The notes under the pieces were generated by a model. That model did not search any database. It saw only the letters and a list, made by a program, of their open reading frames with translations, and was not told the DNA's origin. Position numbers and translations under genes: made by a program. Shown in pieces: positions 21,362 through 33,697 of a stretch of 55,459 nt of DNA. Every line of letters starts with the position of its first letter. Position 1 is the first letter of the stretch. Origin of the DNA: an uncultured Caballeronia sp. (GTDB taxonomy: Bacteria > Pseudomonadota > Gammaproteobacteria > Burkholderiales > Burkholderiaceae); the NCBI GenBank assembly GCA_940588625.1, contig CALNPU010000001.1, forward strand, positions 1-55,459, written 5' to 3'.

Positions 21362-22527
21362 TTATTTCCCCAGCCCGCTTGCAGCAATCTGCTGCTCCAA
21401 GTACGTGGAGAACAGTGCGTGCAAATGCGGTCGGGTGGACCGTGTAGGCGTACATGTACGTCTGGTCCGGCGCCGGCCACCGTGTAGGTTTGCGGCGAGC
21501 AGAACAGCGACGTGCCGAATGCGGTCGGGTTTGGCTCGCCCAGCTTGGTCGCGGCGGCGATCATCGCGGTGAGATTACAGGCCGTACCCGTATTCGACAC
21601 CGTGAAGCCGTTTGCCTGATAGTTCGCCTGGATACCGTCGACCCAGGTGTAGGCATCGACGTAGATCACCTTCGACAATAGCCCAGCTGCTGCAGCGCGC
21701 CGTTCAACAACTGCGTCACTTGCGGGAAGGTCACGCCTTGATCGGCGCTGGCCAAGCCCTGCGGCGATCCGCCGATATCAGGAATGGTCGATACCACCAC
21801 GTGTGTCACACCGGTTTGCAGCACCCGGCCAACCACCGTCGCCAGGTCGATTGCCGCCTGACTGATGGCCGTCGTCGCGGCAGTCCGTGCAGTGGCGCCC
21901 GCTGCCTGCGCTTGCGCCGGCGTGATGGTTCCCGCGGCGAGCTGGGCCTGGATGCCGGCGGCAGTCGCTTGCTCGACGGTCAGGTTGTAGAAGATGTCGT
22001 TGGCGCCGCCGTTCACCAGCACGAGCTGGCTGGCGTTGAACGAGCCATACGACGTGATGAACTGGGTCACCTGGTCGTTGATCGGGATCCTCGTGGCCTG
22101 TGAGTAGTCGGCGTTCGGCGTACCCGGTGTTGCATGGCCACCCCCCGGCTGCAGCGTCACGCGTGCGCCGCCTTTGTGCGTAGCCCAAACCGCTCGCCGG
22201 CGAAAGCGGGATGCCGAAGCCGCTGGTGTTCGCCGCCGTCAGCGTGCCGCCGTAATACTTGGCCACGTTCTAGGTCCAGACCTGGCCGGGATTCGTCTTT
22301 AAGCGGCCGCCACCGAAGTTCGCTGCGACCGGTGCATACGTGCCCACGTCCGAAAGACTGTCGCCGAACGACACCACTTGCAGCGTCACACCGCCCGGCG
22401 GCGTGTTGTTGTGCTACTGCCCGCCGCACGCGGCCAGCATTGCAAACGCGGCGCATGCAGTGGCCGTCTGGACGGCGAGCAGCCAGCGCGTTTGACGCGC
22501 AGCGGGTTTCGTCAGGGCGGGTTTCAT
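21362..22527 (-). pseudogene. SGNH/GDSL lipase lipoprotein, disrupted
   Basis: Lipobox LAAC, VVSFGDSLSDVG, GGANDI. In-frame TAG near 22271 and several frameshifts. Confidence 0.85.
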
Positions 22528-22778
22528 TGATTTCATCTCCTCGGTCCTCGTTTATCTGGTCATGTGGTCTGCACGCCGCTTCGAGTTTTCTGTCGGCTGG
22601 CTTTCCGCTTGGGCGTTGGCTTCGTACGACACGCACTGCGGACAATGCGTGTCGTCGACTTGGCGTGGCAATAGCTTACCGAATCTTTAAGAGGGTTTGA
22701 GATTGTTTCCTACGAGGGTTTGCCTGTGCTTGCAGACTGCGCATCCTCGGGTTCTAAGCGGGTCAGGAAGCGCCTCAT

Positions 22779-24361
22779 TCAGCCGATGCCTTCATACACC
22801 CACTCGAGCAGCGCGTCATGCGCCGCCCGCGCCGCCTCGGCGCGCGGATCGTTGATAAAACTCACCACCACGTAGCTCTCGCCGTTCTCCGCGCCCACGT
22901 AGCCGGCGATGGCCCGCACGTCGCGCAGCGTGCCCGTCTTGATGTGGGCGTTACCGCCCGCGCCCGCGTTGGTGAGCCGGTTGCGCATGGTGCCGTCCAC
23001 GCCTGCAATGGGCAACGACTCGATGAGAAGACCTGTGCCACCGGGCTCGAATTCGCTGCTGTGAGCAGGTCGGCGAGCGATTGCGCCGTGATGTGTTCTT
23101 CGCGCGACAGGCCCGAGCCGTTATCGAGGTAGAGGCCGGTCGTGGACAGCGCGCTCCGATGCAGGAACGCCTGGATCGCCACTGCTGATTTCTGGGTTGT
23201 CGCCGGCGGTTTGCCCATCCCGGCGCCAATGGTCAGGAACAGGTTGCGCGCCATCACGTTGTTGCTGAACTTGTTGATGTCGCGAACGATATCCGACAAC
23301 ACCGGGCTGTGGTGAGTGCCGACCAGCCTCGCGCTGACCGGCGTTGGGCCTTCGCGGGTGGTGCCGTTGAAGGTGCCGCCCGCCTGTTTCCATAGCGCAA
23401 GGAAGCCGCTGGCGAAGAAGGTGGGGTGATCGAGCGCGGCGACGTTGATGGTGCGCGGGCCGCAGCGCAACGGGTAGTCGCCGATAAACGACGCCTGCAC
23501 AAAACCGCCCGTGGTTTGCACCACGCTCGGCGACGCCGCGGGCAGGGAGCTCGCGCAAGCGCCGCGCGTGACGTGCAGTTCGTTGTCGATCTGCAACTGC
23601 GCGAGTTGAGGCAGCACATCGATTACCACCTGGCCGTCCGGGCTCGGCGTCAGCGTGAACGACAGCGATTTGAATGCATACAGCAGCGGATCCGGGCCGA
23701 CGTTGTAGGGCGCGCTTTCGTCGGCGTCAAAGGCGGGGAGGTCGCGCGTGGACGTATCGAAGTAGCGTTTATCCAGCACCAGCGCGCTGTCAATGCCCGT
23801 GATGCCGTTGCGGCGGATCTGGTTCACCAGGTCGATGAGTTCTTCCGGCAAGAGTTTCGGATCGCCCGTGCCCTGGATATACAGGTTGCCGTGAAGGACG
23901 CCGTTTGCATCGACTTCACCGTCGGCATAGGCGGTGGTTTTCCAGCGGTAATCCGGGCCCAGCAGCGACAAGCCCGAGTACGTGGTGACCAGCTTCATGG
24001 TGGAGGCGGGCATCATGGGCTGATTGGCGTTGATCGCGACGAGAGGCACACCGCCGCCAATCTGCTCGACCACCACGCTCATCGATGAAAGCGGTACGTG
24101 GGCCCGTGTCAGCGCTGCCATGACGGTGGCCGGCAGCGGGCCGGCCGGGACGATGATGCGCTTGAGCTTCGACTTCTTCGCCGCAGCGCGTTTCGCCGTT
24201 TGCTGCTGCGCTTCCGCTTTGGGACCGTCACTGCCGCGGGCCTTGACGGGTGTGTTCATCGCGAAGGTGAAAGTGGCGGCGGTTATGACCAGGGTCGCGG
24301 CTGCACGCCAACGTTTGGCAAGTGGATTTTTCCTGTTCAGAAAGGGAATTCTATTATACAT
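22779..24361 (-). pseudogene. dacB: D-Ala-D-Ala carboxypeptidase/endopeptidase PBP4, frameshifted
   Basis: PASTMK (SxxK), FSNN (SxN), NGSGLSR. The KTG motif lies in another frame after a 2-nt TC duplication near 23025. True start uncertain. Confidence 0.88.
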
Positions 24362-24384
24362 GTGGAGTTCTATTATACATGTGG
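24349..24384. repeat. 17-bp direct repeat (19-bp period) containing a minus-strand TATAAT
   Basis: TTCTATTATACATGTGG at 24349-24365 and 24368-24384. Confidence 0.9.
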
Positions 24385-24539
24385 TCGGATCGTGATGTCG
24401 TGCAGTTTTGCGGATTGCAGGGCGAGGGTACCCTAAGCGGGGCGGCTATTGTATGGGGGTTCTGCTTACGGTTTAAGGTTTGCCGGCTTTCATCCGGCGG
24501 CGGGTGCGAAGCCCTTGCGCCCCGCAGTCCGCCTGGGGC

Positions 24540-25401
24540 TCAGCGCGGGGCCAGCCGCTCGGGCAGTGAATAACGCTGCATCGTACGCTCCATGCCGTCG
24601 AGGAACGCCTGCTCCGCCGCGTTCATCTTGCGTCCGCGATGCCACAGCAAATCGACGTCGACATCGACCAGACCCTCTTCCGGCGGCAAACGCCAGAGGC
24701 GCTGTTGCGTGAGGTCATCGCGGACAATGTGCTCGGGCAGGCAGCCAATGCCGTATCCCACGAAGATCAGCCGCCGCACTTCGTCCAGACTGGGCGACGC
24801 CGCCACGATCCGTCCGGTAAACCCGCGCTGGTCGCGAAAGACGGTCAGCGGCGACAAGCTGTCGCCAATCTGGTCGCTCGTGAATGACACGAAATTCTCC
24901 GCGAGCAGGTCTTCCATGGACAGCCCATGCCGTCCAAACAAGCGCGATGGTACCGGCCACAAAAAACGGCGTATCGCTGGCGCAGGAAGCAGCGCTGCTC
25001 GAGTTTATCGATGGGTGTACGGCATAAGCTAAGCCCCGCCGTCGCGGTCTTTTGCAGCGGCGACGAAATGATGTCCGACGAACGCATCACCTCGATATGC
25101 AAGTCGATACGCGGATAAGTCCAGTGGAATTCGCCGAGAAACTCGTCGTACACGCCTGAATCGATGCGGCTCACCGTCTGCAGCCGGATCGAACCGGTGA
25201 TGTCCTCGCTGCGGTCATCGGGTTCGGTTTCGAGCCGCGACATGTGGCCGTAGATATCGCTTGCGATCCGGTACACCTCTTCGCCCGCGCGCGTGGGCTC
25301 AAAGTGCGGACCGCGGCGCTAGATCAGGTTGCGCCCGAGCGTGTCTTCCAGGCGAGCCGGTCATTCAGGAACCGCGCGATATCCGCACGCCGTTGAGTCA
25401 T
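24540..25401 (-). pseudogene. LysR-family regulator, HTH deleted and frameshifted
   Basis: MTQRRADIARFLNDRL joins directly to RLEDTLGRNLI*RRG. The substrate-binding domain is split over two frames. Confidence 0.85.
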
Positions 25402-25443
25402 GGGGAAGTCCGTTGTGCAGGCAGAGAGAGGTATTAGCCAAAC

Positions 25444-25458
25444 TTATACGACGAATAA
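25444..25458. promoter_or_regulatory. Putative LysR recognition box
   Basis: TTAT-N7-ATAA in the AT-rich gap between the divergent LysR and MFS genes. Confidence 0.5.
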
Positions 25459-25553
25459 AAAATCGAAATTGGACTAATGTTTTATGGCTGGCGATAAAAC
25501 AGCCTGACAACGTGTTGATTTGTTGTATCCGCCGCAGCGCTTCAGGAGCCACC

Positions 25554-26852
25554 GTGACCCCCAGCACCCAATTCAACCCGCCAGCCCGTGCGCGCGGCGA
25601 CCGCCGCTTTTATCGGCACGATGATCGAGTGGTACGACTTCTACATCTATGCCACCGCCGCCGCGCTTGTGTTCGGCGAGCTGTATTTTCCATCGCATGA
25701 TCCGTTCATCATCACTATGGCGTCGTTTGCCACCTTTGCCGTTGGTTTCTTCGCACGGTTCCTGGGCGGTACGATCTTCGGGCACCTTGGCGACAAGATC
25801 GGCCGCAAGAAAGCGCTGATGATGGGCGTGGCGACGGTATGCGTCGGTTTGCTGCCGGCTTATCGAAGGTCGGTGTGCTCGCGCCGGTCTTGCTCGTGCT
25901 GCTGCGCGTGGTGCAGGGCATCGCGGTCGGCGGCGAATGGGGCGGAGCGGTGTTGACGGCTGCCGAACATGCACCCAAGGGACGGCGGACATTCTTCGCG
26001 TCGTTCGCGCGATTGAGCAGCCCGGCCGGCCTGATTCTTTCGCTGATCGCGTTCCGCGCGGTGACCTCCATGCCGAATGAGGAATTCATCGCGTGGGGCT
26101 GGCGTCTACCGTTCTTGATAAGCGCGGTGCTGCTCGTGGTCGGCATCCTGATTCGAATGGGTGTGAACGAGTCGCCCGAATTCGAGCGCGAGAAGTTGTC
26201 CAAACGCATGGTTGAATTGCTGATTGCCGAAGTGTTCCGTTCATCGGGGGCACTGGTTGCGTTCTGCATTGGCGCGAATACGATTTGGCATTGCCGGCGT
26301 GTATTTCACCAACACCTTCATGATTTCGTACACCACGCAGTATGTGGGCGTGACGAAATCGCTGATCCTCGATTGCCTGTTTGCGGTTGCGATCATCCAG
26401 CTCCTCTCGCAGCCGCTGGCCGCGTGGCTGGCCGAAAAGATCGGCGGTGCGCGCTTCCTGAAGCTCACGGCCCTGTGCGCAATGATCTCACCGTATCCCA
26501 TGTTCATCCTCGTACAGAGCGGCAACATGGTGTCGATGATTATCGGCATCGCGATTGCGGTGGTCTGCATGGCGAGTTTCTATTCGGTGATCGCGGGTTT
26601 TGTCAGCGGTGTGTTCCCGGTGCGTGTGCGGTACTCTCGACAATCTCGATTTCGTATCAGGTCTGCGGCGCGATTGCGGGCGGTTTAACGCCGCTCGTGG
26701 GCACCTGGCTTGCACATAAATTCACCGGGCAATGGTGGCTGCTCGCAGTGTTTTATACGTGTCTCCCCGGGATTTCACTGCTGTCTATCGTCGCACTCGA
26801 TGTGCTGAAACATCGCCGTGCCAATGCTCCGGAAGCACTGGCTACTCGTTAA
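25554..26852 (+). pseudogene. MFS transporter (MHS family), disrupted
   Basis: [35 protein letters not shown] across at least 3 frameshifts. Confidence 0.88.
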
Positions 26853-26871
26853 GTTTAGAGGATACCTAATC

Positions 26872-28116
26872 ATGTTGAAAATCGACGGCCCGCGTTTGTG
26901 GACGACCCTGATGGAGATGGCGAAAATCGGCGCGACCCCGAAGGGCGGCGTGCGTCGCCTTGCATTGACGGAAGAAGACCGGCGCGGGCGCGAGTTGTTC
27001 ACCGCGTGGTGCAGCGAAGCGGGAATGACGGTGCGCACCGACGAGGTGGGCAACTTGTTCGCGCGTCGCGAAGGAACGGACGCGAATGCGAAACCCGTGC
27101 TGATCGGCAGTCGTCTGGATACACAACCGGAAGGCGGTCGTTTCGATGGCGCCTGGCCGCGCTGGAAGTGGTGCGCACGTTGAACGATCACGGTGTAGTG
27201 ACCGAGAAGCCCATTGAGATCGTCTCGTGTCGTGGACCAACGAAGAGGGCGCGCGCTTCACACCGGCCATGTGCTCGGCTCGGCGGTGTTTGTCGGCGCG
27301 ACGCCGCTGGAAACTGCGCTACAGACTAAGGACGCGGAGGGCGTGACGTTGCGCGAGGCGTTGAACGGAATCGGTTGCGCGGGAACACGCGGACTCGCCG
27401 TGCAACAGGTCGATTTGTATTTTGAAGCGCATATCGAACAAGGGCCGATTTTGGAGAGCCACGGCAATCCTATCGGCGTTATCACCGGCGAGCAGGCGAT
27501 CCGCTGGCTCGATATCGAAGTCACCGGCGTTGCCGCGCACGCCGGCACGACGCCGATGCCGTATCGGAAGGACGCGGTTGTTTGCGAGTGCGGCGATGGA
27601 GCTTGAACTTGAAGCTATCGCGCAACGTTTCGCGCCGCTTGGTCTGGTCACGATCGGCCAGGCGGACGTGCCGAATTCATCGCGTAACACCATTGCGGGG
27701 CGCTTTGCGTTCACCGTCGATTTGCGTCATCCCGACGATACGCAAATCGACGCGATGGAAAACGAAGTGCGCGCGGCCTTCGGCAAGATCGCCACCGATC
27801 GAGGCCTTGAAGCCGACGTCGCAAGGTACTGGAAAAGCCCCGCGACGCCGTTTGATTCCGCGTGCGTCGATCTCGTGGAAGAAGCCACGAAAGGCTTCGG
27901 CTACGCGTACGAGCGCATTGTCAGCGACGCGGGTCATAACGCCATCCACCTCGCGCGGCATGTGCCCCCACGGTCATGGTTTTCATCCCCTGCGTGGATG
28001 GGCTGTCGCACAACGAAGCGGAGGACGCGCTTCCCGAAGACGTTACCTGCGGCGCGAACGTTTTGATCAATGCGGTACTGGCGCGTGCGGTGATTGGCGC
28101 GACGATCAGCGCGTAA
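26872..28116 (+). pseudogene. M20 Zn-dependent amidohydrolase (N-carbamoyl-amino acid/allantoate hydrolase-like), disrupted
   Basis: GSRLDTQPEGGRFDG (metal-ligand His appears replaced by Arg), WTNEEG, EAHIEQGP, HAGTTPM, SHNEAE. Multiple frameshifts. Confidence 0.85.
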
Positions 28117-28129
28117 CAAGGACCCGACA

Positions 28130-29122
28130 ATGCTGACTTACTTTCATCCTTTGCAACTCAAGCATCATCCGCGCACGTACCTTTCGCGTGGCCAGATGCG
28201 CACACCGCAGGAGATTCCGGAGCGCGCGTTGCGGCTGGTCGAGGCGTCGAAGGCCCTGGGTTTCGATGTCCGCGAACCCGCCGACTTTGGCGTCGCGCCG
28301 CTCGCCGCTGTGCACGGCATGAACTACTTGCGCTTCCTTGAGGAGGCGAATCGCGAGTGGAAAAAGGTGCCCGTGGAATGGGGCGACGAAATGATGTCGA
28401 ATGTGTATATCCGCGAGAACAATCCGCTGCGTGGGGTGCTCGGGCAAGCAGCGCGTTATCTCGCCGACAGCAGTTGTCCGGTCGACCCTGATACTTACGA
28501 ATCCGCGTACTGGTCAGCGCAAAGCGCACTGGCCGAGGCAAACGCTATTCTTGACGGTGCGCGTGAGACGTACGCATTGTGCCGGCCGCTGGGACATCAT
28601 GCGCGCGCTGAAGCGGCTGACGGGTTTCTGCTACCTGAACAACGCGGCAATCGCGGCGCAAGCGCTGCGTGCGAAGAAGGCCGCGAGCCATCACCGACAT
28701 GCACCACGGCCAGGACGTGCAGGAAATCTTCTACGACCGCAGCGACGTGCTGTATGTCTCCATTCACGGCGACCCGACGAACTTCTATCCTGTCGTTGCT
28801 GGCTTCGACGACGAGCGTTAAAACGTGAATTTGCCGATGCCGCATGGTTCGTCGGAGGACGTGTTCTTTGATCGTCTCGATACCGCCGCGCGCGTGCTCG
28901 AGCGCTTCCAGTCGGACGTACTGGTGCTGGTGCTTGGCTTTGATATCTACGGACGATCTTCAGTCGCTGGTCGCGGTAAGCACCGAGGGTTTCGGCAAGC
29001 TTGGACGTCAAGTCGGCGCGCTGAACTTGCCGACGCTGATCGTGCAGAAGGGTGGGTATCACATTGATACGCTGGAGGTGAATGCGCGCGCGTTCTTCGG
29101 CGGGTTTGGCGCGGGTCGTTGA
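28130..29122 (+). pseudogene. Histone-deacetylase-family (acetylpolyamine amidohydrolase-like) protein, disrupted
   Basis: E.PER, RPLGHHA, GFCYLNN, DMHHG, SIHGDP, QKGGY. Frameshifts and deletions. Confidence 0.85.
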
Positions 29123-29153
29123 AAAAGGCGAGGGAGAACCGCTTCCCCCTGTC

Positions 29154-29196
29154 TTAAGGCTCTTTTAAGCCCGCCTTAACTCGTCCCGGCTAGAAT
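29154..29196 (+). promoter_or_regulatory. PmrA/QseB-type direct-repeat box and -10 element
   Basis: TTAAG (29154), TTAAG (29165), TTAAC (29176) at an 11-bp period; TAGAAT 10 nt downstream. Confidence 0.6.
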
Positions 29197-29240
29197 GGTT
29201 GTCCGGGCTGCAAAGCCAAGACAGGCCGCGACCCAAACCG

Positions 29241-29897
29241 ATGCGAGCCCTACTGGTAGAAGACGACAGAATGATTGCAGAAGGCGTCCGCAAAGCGCTG
29301 CGCAGCGACGGATTCGCGGTGGACTGGGTGCAGGACGGTGAAGCCGCCCTGACGGCGGTAGACGGCTAACCTTACGATCTCATGCTGCTAGACCTGGGCC
29401 TGCCGAAGTGCGACGTCCTCGACGTCCTCAAAAGCCTGAGAGCAAAAGGCAACGCATTGCCCGTGCTGATAGTCACCGCCCGGGACGCCATTGCCGATCG
29501 TGTAAAAGGCCTGGACGCTGGCGCCGACTATCTTGTCAAACCCTTTGACCTCGACGAGCTGGGCGCGCGTATGCGCGCCCTGATCCGCCGTCACGCCGGT
29601 CGTGGCGACTCCCTGATCCGCCATGGCGCATTAACGCTGGACCCGCTGGGCCATCAAGTGACGCTGGAAGGCAATCCAATAGCCCTTTCGGCCCGCGAAT
29701 TCGCGCTAGAAGCCCTGATGGCCCGCCCGGGCGCGGTTTTATCGAAGAGCCAGCTCGAAGAAAAAATCTATGGCTGGGGTGAGGAAATCAGCAGTAACAC
29801 GGTCGAGGTCTACATCTATTCGCTGCGTAAAAAGCTTGGGCCCGACTTTATCCGCAATGTCCGTGGACTCGGTTACATGGTGTCGAAGGAAGCCTGA
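29241..29897 (+). pseudogene. QseB/PmrA-like response regulator, nonsense mutation
   Basis: MRALLVEDD...; in-frame TAA at 29367-29369; LLDLGLP, KPF, NVRGLGY. Confidence 0.88.
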
Positions 29898-31201
29898 TGC
29901 GTTCCATTCGCAGCCAACTGCTGGTTTGGTGCTGGCACTGGTGATCGTCGGCGTGGGATTTGCGGGCTGGCGATCTACCGTCAGGCGCTGGCCGAAGCGA
30001 ACGAACTCTTCGATTACCAGTTGGAACAGATTGCGGCCGCGTTGCCGTCAGAGCCGTTTTCCTCCGTGCTGCAATCGCGCAGCGACAGCGACGAAGGCGT
30101 TGTTATCCAGATCTGGAACCGCAACGGCGTGCTCATGTATTACTTGCATCCGCGTGTGCCACTGGCGCCGCATGCGGAACTGGGCTTTTCCACCGAAGCC
30201 ACGCCGCGCGGCGTATGGCGCGTCTACAGCGCCATTGTTGGCGATAACGTCGTCCAGCTCGCGCAGCCGCTGTCCATCCGCAACCGGCTGGCGGCGGGTG
30301 TTGCGTGGCGAACCTTGTGGCCGCTGGTGGTGGTGTTGCCGCTGCTAGGTATGGCGATATGGATCATCGTCGGACGGGGTTTGATGCCGCTGCAACGTGT
30401 CACGCGTGCGCTCGACACGCGTCATCCTGAAGCGCTGGAGCCTTTACCCGACAACCGCTTGCCGGAAGAAGTCGTCCCCGTCGTGCGCGCGTTGAACGCG
30501 TTGCGTACGTCTCGCGACCACGCTGGATACCCAAAAAGCGTTTGTCGCCGACGCCGCCCACGAGCTTCGCACACCGCTGGCCGCTGTGCAGATCCAGTCG
30601 CAGCTGGTGGCGCGAGCGAAGGACGACGAGTCGCGCAAGGAAGCGCTGGACGACTTGCAAGCGGGTATCACGCGCGCCACGCGGCTGGCCGAGCAACTGC
30701 TGGCGCTCGCGCGCTCGGAACCCGATGGCAAGAGCGAGACCAAGCGGGTGGGCCTGCACGCACTGCTGGACGAATGCGTGGGCGCGTCCGCGCTGGTGGC
30801 CCAGCAACGTGGTGTCGACCTGGGCATTGAAGCGAGCGAACCGGCGACCATCACCGGCGACGCGAATGCGTTGCGCGTGATGTTCAACAATCTCATCGAT
30901 AACGCCACGAAATACACGCCGAGCGGCGGTCGCGTGGAGTCTGCCTGCAGGTGGACGACGGCAAGCCCACCGTGGAGATCGCCGATACCGGTCCGGGTAT
31001 TCGCGCCGATAAACGCGAGCGGGTGTTCGACCGGTTTTATCGCGTGGGAGCAGGCTCTAGCCGGGCGCGCACGGACGTGGCGGGCAGCGGCCTGGGCCGG
31101 CAATCGTGCGCCGGATCGCGATGCAGCACGACGTGAAAGTTTCGCTCGCCGAATCGAAAAGCGGCGGTCTGCTGATCTCGATTCAATTTAAAGCGGCCTG
31201 A
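29897..31201 (+). pseudogene. QseC-like sensor histidine kinase, disrupted
   Basis: DAAHELRTPL, NLIDNATKY, DTGPGI, FDRFYR, GSGLG in different frames. Confidence 0.88.
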
Positions 31202-31211
31202 TTTGCCCGCT

Positions 31212-31243
31212 TTAAGTGCCCTTTAAGTGGCGCCTTTTACTCT
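31212..31243 (+). promoter_or_regulatory. Second PmrA/QseB-type box upstream of degQ
   Basis: TTAAG at 31212 and 31223 (11-bp period); TACTCT 10 nt downstream. Same geometry as at 29154. Confidence 0.55.
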
Positions 31244-31280
31244 TCGTTTCATTCTGAAGCGCATTCCCGAGGAGTACACG

Positions 31281-32802
31281 ATGAAAGCGAAGATCATTTC
31301 CCGCAGCGCCGTTGCAGTTGCCTTGTCGGCGGGTTATGTGGCCGGAACGCCGGAACATCCCGGCACCGCAGGTCATCACGCCGGCACAAGCCGCGATGAT
31401 GCCGGCCGAAGCCGCTGCGAAGACCGGTATTCCCGATTTCTCCGGCCTGGTTGAAACCTACGGCCCGGCGGTCGTCAACATCAGCGCGAAACACGTGGAC
31501 ATAATGAACCACAATAGCATAAATGGTGGCATGAACGGGGGCAATCCGCAATTGCCGATTGATCCGAGCGATCCGTTTTACCAGTTCTTCAAACACTTCT
31601 ACGGTAATGGCGTGCCGGGCATGGGCGGCAACGACAGCCAGAATGCCGCTGATACCCCCAGCGAAAGCCTGGGTTCGGGCTTTATCGTGAGGAGCAGCGA
31701 TGGTTACATCCTGACCAATGCCCATGTGGTCGATGGCGCGAACGTGGTCACGGTCAAGACCACCGACAAGCGTGAGTACCGCGCGAAGGTGATCGGTTCG
31801 GACAAGCAGTCGGATGTGGCCGTGCTGAAGATCGATGCGAAGAACCTGCCGACCGTCAAGATTGGCGATCCGAACGGCAGCAAGGTCGGCCAGTGGGTGG
31901 TCGCGATCGGTTCACCTTACGGTTTCGACAACACCGTGACGTCCGGCATTATCAGCGCGAAATCGCGCTCGTTGCCCAACGAGAATTACACCCCGTTTAT
32001 CCAGACCGACGTGCCGGTGAATCCGGGTAACTCGGGTGGCCCGCTCTTCAACCTGCAAGGCGAAGTGATCGGCATCAACTCGATGATCTATTCGCAGACC
32101 GGCGGCTTCCAGGGACTGTCGTTCGCAATCCCGCTTAATGAAGCCATGAAGGTGAAAGATGCGCTGGTGAAGACCGGACACGTGGATCGCGGCCGTCTTG
32201 GCGTGACCGTGCAGGGCATGGACCAGACCCTCGCGAAGTCGTTCGGCCTGCAAAGCCCGAATGGCGCGCTGGTGAGTTCGGTTGAAGCGGGCAGTCCGGC
32301 GGCGAAGGCGGGTTTCCAGCCCGGTGACGTGATCCTCTCGGTCGATGGCCAACCGGTTGCGGACTCGAACGCGTTGCCGTCACAGGTGGCGGCGCTCGCG
32401 CCGGGAACCACGGCGAATGTGCAGGTCTGGCGCGACAAGGCCACGAAAGACCTGGCGGTGACTGTAGGCACGTTGTCCGATACCAAGACCGCCAGCACGG
32501 GCCAGGGTGCGGACAAGGGCGACTCGGCATCGCAGGATGCCCGTCTGGGCGTCACCGTCCGGCCGCTGACGCCGGAAGAGAAGCAAAGCGCGTCGCTGTC
32601 TCGTGGTTTGCTGGTGCGACAGTCGGGCGGCGCCGCGGAAAGCGCCGGTATCCAGGCCGGCGACGTGATCCTGGCGGTCAATGGCCAGCCTGTCACGACC
32701 GTGCAGCAATTGAAGACGATGGTGGCCCACGCTGGCGACAGTATCGCGTTGCTGATCCAGCGCGACGATGCGCAGATCTTCGTGCCGGTGGATCTGGGTT
32801 GA
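31281..32802 (+). pseudogene. DegP/DegQ serine endoprotease, frameshift just after the signal peptide
   Basis: RBS GAGGAG and MKAKIISRSAVAVALSAGYVAG, then a +1 shift near 31347. The rest is open: TNAHVV, DVAVL, GNSGGPL and two PDZ domains. Confidence 0.8.
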
Positions 32803-33041
32803 TTGTCGGGTGATGTGTCAAGCGATGTAAACACCGACTGAACTCCAGCCGATGCGGGAACAGGGCGGCACGCAGCACGTGCCGCCCTGGAAAATGGGGT
32901 GGGATGCAGACACGAACCGTGCTCATAGTTTCTTTCCCGAACCGCTTTGGCCCGACTGCTCAAACATCGCGTGCTGGACACGGCGGGGGAAAAAGCGGAA
33001 CGCCGATAAAGGCGTCTGAAGTCTATAAGGAGCAGATTACG

Positions 33042-33553
33042 ATGACCAAGACGACTAAAACAGCGATTGCAGCAAAGGCTGCTTATTGACTAAAAAAACA
33101 CAACCGGCCTGCCGTGATGAAGTTCGGTGTGGCTGGCAGTGCGTTCGCCCAAACCTCGGGCGAGGGAACGAGCGACATGAGCAGCGCCGGCAACACGAAT
33201 GGGGGTGGCTTGCCGCAGATCCGGACGCAGGGCGGCGTGTCGTACACTTCCGGTGGCATCGGGCTCGACGAATCGCACACGCTGATTCGCGCGCAGGCGC
33301 ATTGGCCGCTGTCGCTGCGTTTCACGGGGCCGACGTCGGATTATCTGGCTTGACGTCCACGTGCGTATTGCCGATGCAAAGAACACCGAGGTGCTCAAGG
33401 CCGACGCTCATGGCCCGTACATGCTGGTGAAATTGCCCCCTGGCCATTACACGGTTTACGCCCGCTAAAAGGATTCGGAAAAGAAGCAGGGATTGACGGT
33501 GGGTGGCTGGTGACGGCCGAGCAAAGGCCGATTTCCACTGGTCCATGCAGTAA
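33042..33553 (+). pseudogene. Exported carboxypeptidase-regulatory-like domain protein, disrupted
   Basis: GGVSYTSGGIGLDES...LSLRF and GPYMLVKLPPGHYTV, with stops and frameshifts. Located after degQ. Confidence 0.6.
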
Positions 33554-33697
33554 GTCTTCGAACGCCACGGCGGCCGTTTCGTTTCCTGGTACCGGGAGCG
33601 TGCCATGAGTACCGACACACCCATCACATCGAAATCTCGCTGAATACGCGACGCCATCGCGTGATTCTACAGTGGGCGCCATGCTGGGGAGAGTCTG

